NCBI GenBank assembly: GCA_964016885.1
Contig: OZ024740.1
Span: 333,436,001 to 333,500,000 of the forward strand
DNA from: Eledone cirrhosa
Lineage: Eukaryota
Direction: 5' to 3'
DNA: 64,000 nt
The number at the start of each line of letters is the position of its first letter. Position 1 is the first letter of the stretch. The notes under the pieces were generated by a model. The model did no database searches, was not told the DNA's origin, and saw nothing but the letters and a program-made list of their open reading frames with translations. Of the stretch, positions 54,991 to 64,000 are shown piece by piece. The position numbers and the translations under genes are program-made.

Positions 54991-56559
54991 CGATATTATT
55001 AATTCCAGTCGCTTATTTAATAGGATATCCTTAGATTTCATTATTTCGAAAAGTTCTTGGGAACACAATCTACATTCATTTCTACTATTTTGATAAGGGG
55101 TGGCTCTTTTGAGCACACTCCAGGTCATGTCATATTCTATATTCCTCTTTCTATAACTATTAATTTTTTCTGCTAGAGATGTTGTATTAGCTAATGCGGC
55201 ATTTTTAAAACTATGTTTGTGGGTATTAAATCTTGCCTTAAAATTGTTAGAAGTAGCTCCTATATATGAACAAATAGAGTCCTTAGTGTTAACTTTACAT
55301 TTATATACTATGTTATTAACAAGGCAATTTCCTTTTAATGGGCAGTTTGCCTTGTTTCTACAGTTACAACTTTTCGTTAATCCTGTATTTGAGGAGATAT
55401 TATGGCTAGTTTGATGTACTGGTGGTATACTTATGGGTTTTTTTCATGTATATGCATTATAGGCACTTATATTTTGTTTTATGTTTTTGGTTGTTGAGTA
55501 TGAGAATTTAACTGTTGATCTATTTAAGATTTGATGGTATTTCTGGTTTGGCGGGAAGTTTTTCTCTAGGATATTAAAGAATTTTTTAGGTATATTATCC
55601 TTAACCTGTAAATTAAAAGGAGCATTATACCAAGTAACACGTTTATTACGGTTTCTATGTTGTTTATTGTTTTTATAGGATGCATCCTGATGTTTACTAG
55701 GAGAATTATTGTTAATGACCTCTCCACACACATTTTTAGTTAGATTTATTGATTTAGGTGTTTTAGCTTGTTTATTAGGAGTTTTATTATTAACATTTAT
55801 TAGAGTTGTAGGATGAGTAGTTTTTTGAGAGTTACTATACTGTATATTAGAGGAGTTAGAGAAATTTGGTTTTATGTTGGTATTTTGGGGTATAGTGTGA
55901 GTGGCATTTAGGTGTGTACGTTTCATTTGGTGTTTGTTGGTAATATTAGGTTGTATGTTTGTAGTGTTATTGGTAGAAGGTATATATTCCAATCTATTTT
56001 TGTGGCCACTTCTAGCTAGAGCTTCGTTATAAAAGGTCGCATTTTTATCAAATACATCTTGGTTAGACGAAAGGTTAGAAATTCTAAGTGATATATTATA
56101 TGCAAGGTTTTTAAGGATAGATTTAGGGTGATTAGATTGTGAGTGTATGTAGTGTAAATTTTGGTTGGGTTTATGGTAAGGTTGGTAGATACCCGTAGCT
56201 AAGTCTAATGTTATATATAGGAAATTAACTACTTTACTTGTGTTTTCAAATGTAATATCTAGACTATAATAGTCTTTAAGGAAAGTTCTAATAAGCTTTT
56301 TGTTTTTCTCTATCTCTGAGAGGCTAAGGTTATTGGAAAGAAGAAGACAGTCGTCACGATATAACCCACCTTTAAGGTGGGGAAAGGAAGCATTTATGTT
56401 AAAAAGAAGAAAGAGGCCCACAAGATCAGTAATTTGGGCAGAATCGCTTGAGCCCATAGTAATATCAAATAGATTACTATATGTGTTTCTGGTCCAGTAT
56501 TCATTCTGAAATTCAATTAGTGTTAGTCTAGCATGTGTAATAATATTAATGTCATCCAA
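54943..56559 (-). pseudogene. Naiad-type RT-GIY-YIG ORF, truncated, one break near 55440
   Basis: FDITMGSSDSAQITDLVG, GGLYRDDCL, YIHSQSNHP, VTWYNAPFN, then CNCRNKANCPLKGNCL, YIGAT, CRLCSQE and LLNKRLELIISCNH. Confidence 0.92.
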
Positions 56560-57147
56560 AGTTAAGTTAGATCTATTAAACGTATGGATGTGTAAGTGTG
56601 CGTGTGTATATAAGCATATATATTTTTGCGTTTCTTTTGTGAGACATGCGTGTCAATGTATGTATGTACCTCCTTTTTTTTTGTCGTCTTTCCTTTAGTT
56701 TTTTTTTTTTTTTTTTTTTCTAAAATTTTTTCTTTCTAATTTATTGTTACAATTTTATAAATATATCGAGATTGATACTTTCCTTTAATTATTACACTCC
56801 CTTACCTCTTTTACTTCCGCATCTAAGTGTACGTGTGTGTAGGCGTGTTTATGCGCGCGCCTTCATATTCATATACTTATGATGTATCTATTCTGTCTGT
56901 AGATTACAGACATACAGATACATTGGCCCTAAATTTTAGATTTACACACACTTTTTCACTATACGTATACATATGAGCATACACATATATGCACATCTGT
57001 GAGCGTATTTACATACATATACACACACCTAACTATATTTCTTGATAGATTTTTATATATTTCATTCTCTATTTCATTTGTCTATTCAAAACCTGTTCCC
57101 TAACAGACCTATTGTATTGAATCTTTGTTCTTATCAATAAACAAGCA

Positions 57148-57288
57148 TCATTATTTCTGAAGACAGCATATATATGTGAAGGTATGTATATTCCCTCTGA
57201 TAGTTTGTATAATATTGTACATAGATCTATAGAATATGCATACCAATTCTAACACATATATGTCCTAGAAACGATCGTAAAATAATGA
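57148..57288 (+). ncRNA. Type I hammerhead with about 104-nt stem II
   Basis: UCAUUAUUU / CUGAAGA / 104-nt hairpin / GAA / ACGAUCGU / A / AAAUAAUGA. Confidence 0.8.
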
Positions 57289-58301
57289 ACTTTTTTTGTT
57301 TAATATAAGGAACTGTTTCTTTGTTTATTCATTATTTTTTTAATAATTTATATATATATATATATATATAATAGAATAATCGAGTATCGGAAAATCAGCT
57401 CACGAATTAACGATAAACAAATCCGATATGAGTGGCAGAGGGCTCAATAATTTAGATAAATCAGAGCTATAACTATCGTTAAAATACCAACACATAAAGA
57501 TTATGCCTAAAATCACCCATGCAGCCGAAAAAGAACGACCAGGAAGATTCGGGTCACTCAAATAAATATCAATAAATCAATAATTTAAATGAATGTAAAA
57601 AAAAATATATATATATAATTCAGAATATGAATAAATGAAGATATTCACATAATCAAAATATATTTTTTATTATATATATATTTGGAAGGTACTGTGCTGA
57701 TTTTTCAGTACGTCCTCCTCAGATAAAATACATGAATTGATGTATGACATACCTCAACGGTCTTGAAAGTTCATTTCCTGTTTTGGCAGTGATTTATTAC
57801 AACAAATCTCAACATTTATGTCCCACAAATAATAACATGATAAACTTAAATTTAAAGAAGAAGAGGATGTGGAGCGAGATATGGGTATATGGAGGGGCTT
57901 AATATGAGGAAATGCAAGAAGAAATAGATACATAAATATTTAAATGAGTAAATAGAAGTATTAGGGAATAAATATATAAAAGGAAAAGGAAGAGAGAGAT
58001 ACTAGAGAGGAAGAAAGAAGAAATAACCACAAAAAAAGAAAGAAAGAAATGGATTGGAAAGGTATACAGACCGTTGTTTTCAAATATTAAGTCAAATTGA
58101 GGCAGCCCATATATATGTATATATATATGTATATATATATGAGGCAACGCATATATATGTATGCGTTATGTCCTTGAGCAAGACACTTTATTTCACGTTG
58201 CTCCTTCTACCTGGAGTTGCGACCGATAGATAGTATTAGCAATTGGAAAGACCAACGGAAACATTGTTTCCTCGGTCCGATTTGACGAAAGTCGATCGTT
58301 C

Positions 58302-58412
<111 letters not shown>

Positions 58413-59644
58413 AATGTGTGTGTGTGTGTGAGAGACTCTGCTAGATACATACTTACGTATGTATGTATATATGTATGTGTGTATATATGTGTGTACGTAC
58501 GCATGTAAATGTGTATATGTGGAAATCAAGAGACGACATTGCGACTCCTTGCGCGAAAATACATCCATTTCATTCGCCACCCAATTTCACGTATATTTCA
58601 AAGGCACAAACTTCTTTTGATTTGCGGACGCAAAGCAACCGCCTTCTGATGAATTTCAAAGTTGTGCCACTTTGTATGTATGATGAATGACAGCTTACGT
58701 CAAAATTTAACGCAATCGTTTGAATACATAACTCTACTCTTTTTCTCAATATAACGTTGTTTAGAGTTCACGAACACGCTGCTTCAACGAAGCCTTTAAA
58801 TTACACATGAATAAACAGATACAGGATTCGACACAGCTCTTACACAATATTACATGTGGCATTTCAAATGTAATTTTAGTGTCAATTTGTTTTTTTTCTA
58901 ACCTTTATATCCGAAGGCTGTGGCATTTGTATTAATATATTTTCTATCCCGTAATATTATTCACATTATATCTGAACACAAAATAAATCTGCCTTTTACG
59001 ACAAGAAGCTAATTTTGTTTGTTTTCAAACATGATAGAAGGGCGCTTCTGTTAGCTATACAAAATCGGTTGGAATATGATATTTAATGAATTATTCATAC
59101 TTATTCATTTTTGGAGAAGAGAATCTGGTATCATTTTTTAAATTAAATTTCATTATTGGGTTATATCTTCTGATTTTCAATATTTTAGAGTATCAATAGA
59201 TTATTATTAGAATCAAAGTATTCATTATAGCTTTTCAACACAAATGTCAAAGTAGCAAATCTAAGTTTATTTCGTTGAAATAAAAATGTTCTGCTCGGAT
59301 TTCAAACACCCAAGTATTTTTCTCCAACACTTTGCATTTAGTCAATATAAAGTGAATTTTGAAGAAGGATATTTCTTTTAATTTGAATGAATATTACAAT
59401 CAACGCCTATTTTGATCCCAGTAATTCAGGAATGTTTCTTTAATTTCATCGATTTTATTGTAGTGTGTAGATCTTTCAAATATAAGAATCACATTTCCAA
59501 ATTTCGTACAAGCATATTTCTTCACAACAATGCTTATGAACAAAAGATCGATCACACATATGCATTATGCATTATACACATACACACGCCTACACACATA
59601 CACACAAACACACAGAGACATACACATACATACATATATATATA

Positions 59645-59859
59645 TAGGAAAAACTATGACCCCGACGGCAGAGCTCAAGCCGTTTCGCTGGCTATTTCTG
59701 GACTAAAAAAATTTTTTTTTTTTTGTCCAGAAATAGCCGTCGAAACGGCTTGAGCTCTGCCGTCGGGGTCATACTTGTTCCTATTACCTACTCTACTACA
59801 CTAAGTATTGAGTAATTTGGTACGTTATGGTCCATCTGGTTCCTTACCACAATTCCTTC

Positions 59860-59865
<6 letters not shown>
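59645..59865. repeat. Fold-back fragment of the 23.2-23.5k pLTR family
   Basis: 59645-59706 is inverted to 59722-59785 and continues into the pLTR tail. Confidence 0.85.
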
Positions 59866-59911
<46 letters not shown>

Positions 59912-59921
59912 GAGATAGACA

Positions 59922-59964
<43 letters not shown>

Positions 59965-59973
59965 AGAGAGGGG

Positions 59974-60057
<84 letters not shown>

Positions 60058-60198
60058 ATCAGAGAGAGAGAAAGAGAGAGAGAAATGTATATATAAATAT
60101 GTATCACTCAGTATATATGTCAATATATATATTACCTGCGGCTAATCTTCGATCCAAACCCCAAATTATATATATATATATATAGATATATATATGTG

Positions 60199-60334
<136 letters not shown>

Positions 60335-60829
60335 GTGTGTAATATTATTATATATATACGTGTGTGTGAGTTCGTGTTACCGAAAACTTGATCTTGGGTA
60401 TCAGGCTACGGTCTATATCAACACCTACAATCTAACTCTCTGTAGCCACGTTAGCGCTGGCCAAATTGACCTTTCGAATGTTACATTTTATTAAAGCTGT
60501 TTTAAAAAAATACCTTCATTACTCATTCCTATAACAATTACTTAATCCAAGGTATTTATGAAAAATGTCCCCATAGTTAAGTAGGCCAATATTGATAATA
60601 GCATTTCTGTTTTTTTTTCTTTATTTTTCTCGACAATAAGTGATACAATGTGGTGGCTGAGTTGTTTGATCTATTTTTTCTTCACTTGAAAGGAAGTGTG
60701 CAATCACCTGATGGCGGTCAAAAGGTTCTCATAAATGTTTAAAGTTTTTTTTCCGCAGAAGGTAGACTTAAACGTTTATGTTGCCACTATATTTATAATT
60801 GTTGTAACCCATTATATTTGAGCTTGTAG

Positions 60830-60935
60830 ACAGCGAATTGGCAGAGAATACTAGGCAGTATTCTCTCCGACGCTCTGCTCTCTGATATCAAATCCCACTG
60901 AGGTCAACTTTCATTCATTTAACGTCGATAAAAAA
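60830..60935 (+). mobile_element. Degenerate tRNA-derived SINE
   Basis: gcgaattggcagag...caaatcccactgaggtcaactttcattc..gtcgataaaa. Confidence 0.6.
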
Positions 60936-61660
60936 TACATGTTTGGTATTGGATTCGATATTTCCTCTATATTCTTTTTTTCTCTTTCTTTCTATCACTG
61001 TCTATACTTCTCTGGAAGACATCTGCTGTATTTAGACCTGGAGATGATAATTGTTCGACCAGGATTAATAGAACGCTAGAATGGAAATATGTAAATGTCT
61101 TGTCCTTACTATTCCTCGGGTGATACGTGCCCCAACATACAAATTTGTGAGTGGCTCAATTTTAGGAGTACACTGTTACCATAAATTCTATTTTAAGAGC
61201 AGCAAATTTAGAACAACGAAAATAGTGCCTGTCAAACCAACGTCCTACTCTGCACTACGTTAAGTGTATTCATACCTATCTCCATGAAGGATTTCCGTCA
61301 CTACAACCTTATGATCATATTTGTTCAGAGTTACTATTTTCCTCTTAGCACCAGGTCAACTTCATCGAATGTTTATGCATACCATTGTTATTAGTAAACT
61401 ATTCATTTATTTCCTACATTCAGGAAATTATTCTTTATGGATTATGCATTTTTTTTATCTCATGTATTTTGTAAATATTTAATTAGCTGAATAAAATATA
61501 ATTATGAACATTTTAAATTTCATTTCAAAATAATTGTTGTAAAACAATAAAAGGTTTGTTATTTGTGAGACAAATTTCAATATTTTGTATAAATATGACT
61601 TCAAAATTGTCGAACCTCGCGGAAATAAAACGTCTTGTAAATAATGTAAATCTCTCTCTC

Positions 61661-61723
<63 letters not shown>

Positions 61724-61762
61724 CGCCCTCTCTCTCTGTATATATATATATATATATATATA

Positions 61763-61885
61763 TAGGAAAAGAAAGAGGACCCCGGGGTGCTGACTCTTTT
61801 CCTATTAACCACTCTACTACTCTAAGTATTGAGTACATTGGTGCTTTAAAGTCCAGCTGGTGTGTTACCGCACCTTTGTTATATA
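61763..61885. repeat. Fold-back fragment of the 23.2-23.5k pLTR family
   Basis: aggaaaagaaagaggacccc|ggggtgctgactcttttcct followed by the pLTR tail. Confidence 0.8.
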
Positions 61886-62060
61886 TGTATATTAGTATAT
61901 ATTTGTTTCTGTATTTGTCTCTGTGTGTATGTATATATATATATATAGTAATAATAATAATAAATTTGAAAACTAAAATCCAAAGAGGGCTCGATAAGGA
62001 TAAATATATATCAAATATATAAGAACCATAGAGCAAATATTTATTAAAATAACAGATTAA

Positions 62061-62111
62061 AGTTTAAGCAAAGAATCGCTGCTTTCGCCCTTAACCGGAT
62101 CTTCTGAAACT
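62061..62111 (-). ncRNA. Type I hammerhead, CAGAAGA (U4A) core
   Basis: Reverse complement reads AGUUU / CAGAAGA / uccgguuaagggc / GAA / AGCA-gcgauucuu-UGCU / U / AAACU. Confidence 0.7.
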
Positions 62112-63333
62112 AAAAAAAATCAATCTGTGAGCGCAGAAGTAAATATTTCGAAAAACGTTGCAATCCAAGGAAGACAGGAAGACGATTCTCTGGTTCGTGG
62201 AAACGTTCCCTGGCAAAGAACGGGAAAAAAGAAGATAATACGTCATTATTTGTATCAGTGAAAACAATTACACGGAAAATCAAAACCACCTTGATGGTAA
62301 AAATGAAGGCGTAGACAAATATTCTATTAGGTGGTTCGTGGATACGTTCTCTGGCAATGAACGGAAAAAATGAAGATAATGTGGAGCGGTGAGTACAATT
62401 ACACGCAAAGACGAAACCATGTTTACGGTATAACTGAAGTCATAGACTAAAATTCTATTTAGGAAACCCAATGATTCTCGGCTTCAGAGTTAATTGATTT
62501 CACCGCTCCAAATAATGACGTATTGTCTTCGTATTTTCCGTTCTTTGCTAGGGAACGTTTCCACGAACCACAGTATCGTTTTCATGACTTCCTTCGGTTG
62601 CAACGTTTTTCGAAATATTTACTTATACGTTCACAGATTGATTTTTTAGTTTCAGAATATCCCGTTAAGGGTGAAGCAGCAATTAATTGCTTAAACTTTA
62701 ATCTGTTATTTTAATATATGTGTATTTACATGTAGGTATGTGTGTGCGCTTGTTATATACGTATTTATTTATTTATATACGTTTATTTAATTATATGTAT
62801 ACACGCACACACACACACACCACACACATATATATATATATTTTTTTTTTTAATATAAAAGTTTTTGTTTATTTGGTGTATACATTCGTATGCGTTCGGG
62901 TACAGGCCTTGCGTGGGTTCTGTATGTGCGTACGTGTTTTTGTTTGCTTTTTGTTGTGTACGTGAGTGTATTCGTATACCTATGGCGAGTGTTTTCGCGT
63001 ATGCTTGTGTATGTCCCTATATGGATGCGTGTATGTATTTATTTTATATCAATTACGTCTGTATTTTATTTACTTTATTCTTAACTGTGAAGCTGAGAAT
63101 CATTGGGTTTCCTAGTAAGAATTTCCATCTACAAACTTCTTTTATACCATAAACGTGGTTTTGTCTTTGCGTGTAATTGTTTTTCATCGCTCCAAATAAT
63201 GACATATTATATTCGTTTTTTCCCGTTCTTTGCCAGGGAACGTTTCCACGAACCAAAGTATCGTCTTCCTGTCTTCCTCCGGTTGCAACGTTTTTTGAAA
63301 CATTTATTTCTGCGTTCACAGATTGACTTTGTT

Positions 63334-63384
63334 AGTTTCAGAAGATCCCGTTAAGGGTGAAAGCAGCGATTCTTTGCTCAAACT
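63334..63384 (+). ncRNA. Type I hammerhead, CAGAAGA (U4A) core
   Basis: AGUUU / CAGAAGA / uCCC-guuaa-GGGu / GAA / AGCA-gcgauucuu-UGCU / C / AAACU. Confidence 0.75.
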
Positions 63385-63479
63385 TTAATCTGTTATTTTA
63401 ATAAATAGTTGCTCTACGGTCCTTTATATGTGATATATATTTATCCTTATTGAACCCTCTTTGGATTTTAGTCTTCAAG

Positions 63480-63561
<82 letters not shown>

Positions 63562-64000
63562 ACACACAGACATACATATTTTAATTGGAGGAGGATGATG
63601 CAGGTATTAGTGTAGGTCTGTATGTGTTCATGCTGGATGAGCAGCATATTCCGAAATAGAACCTATATGATATATATGAATAGTAAAACGCGGATAAATG
63701 CCTGTGGATTAAATACATCTAAACATACATTGACAGTCATATTTTACCAATTATAGAGCAAGTAATTTACGTCATGTGTTGTTTTTTTTTCTTCTGAATT
63801 TCATATTTTCTGCTGTGCCATCAGGTGCACATTCAACGAGAAGCTACAATTTAAAATTCTGAATAAATAATGCCTTGCCTTTAACAATGAAGATAATTAC
63901 AACGCAAAACGTAAGCACATAATCAAACATGTACTATACTTTCATTATAACGCATGACTGGGCATTTATATTTGCATTTCTTTTCAGAGGTAAATGTACA

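Larger units (their letters stand above)
52808..57349 (-). mobile_element. 5'-truncated Naiad-type PLE with about 770-bp inverted pLTRs
   Basis: 52808-53581 is the reverse complement of 56578-57349 and the two enclose the RT-EN ORF. Confidence 0.92.
61950..63500. mobile_element. ORF-less inverted/tandem cluster of the 13.5-16.7k Naiad 3'UTR and pLTR
   Basis: 61950-62495 (-), 62495-62715 (+) and 62720-63500 (+) match 13490-14275 and 16705-16740. Hammerheads lie at 62061-62111 (-), 62648-62697 (+, decayed) and 63334-63384 (+). Confidence 0.88.

Overview
AT-rich, microsatellite-saturated intronic or intergenic animal DNA with no recognisable host gene. The SINE family and (TA)n/(TG)n/(GA)n load suggest an octopus or other coleoid cephalopod (inference). 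The window is dominated by Penelope-like retroelements (PLEs; RT plus GIY-YIG endonuclease). Neptune/Penelope-type copies lie at about 1.95-5.8k (-), 19.9-21.0k (-) and 26.0-27.6k (+). Naiad-type copies lie at 13.5-16.7k (-), 21.8-23.5k (+), 33.4-37.1k (+) and 52.8-57.3k (-), and there are many solo or fold-back terminal repeats (pLTRs). By eye, the pLTRs carry about 11 distinct families (more than 20 copies) of type I hammerhead ribozyme motifs. These include unusual cores (U3-A8 swap, U4A, U4C, 6-nt core), 57-104 nt stem II insertions and family-specific palindromic stem III sequences. Two fold-back junctions map exactly to one family's predicted cleavage site. Also present: RTE-clade LINE fragments, tRNA-derived SINEs, two Helitron derivatives, a Tc1/mariner deletion derivative and a hAT MITE. 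Most short ORFs in the track are microsatellite or antisense artefacts. All calls come from manual reading; no searches or folding were run.
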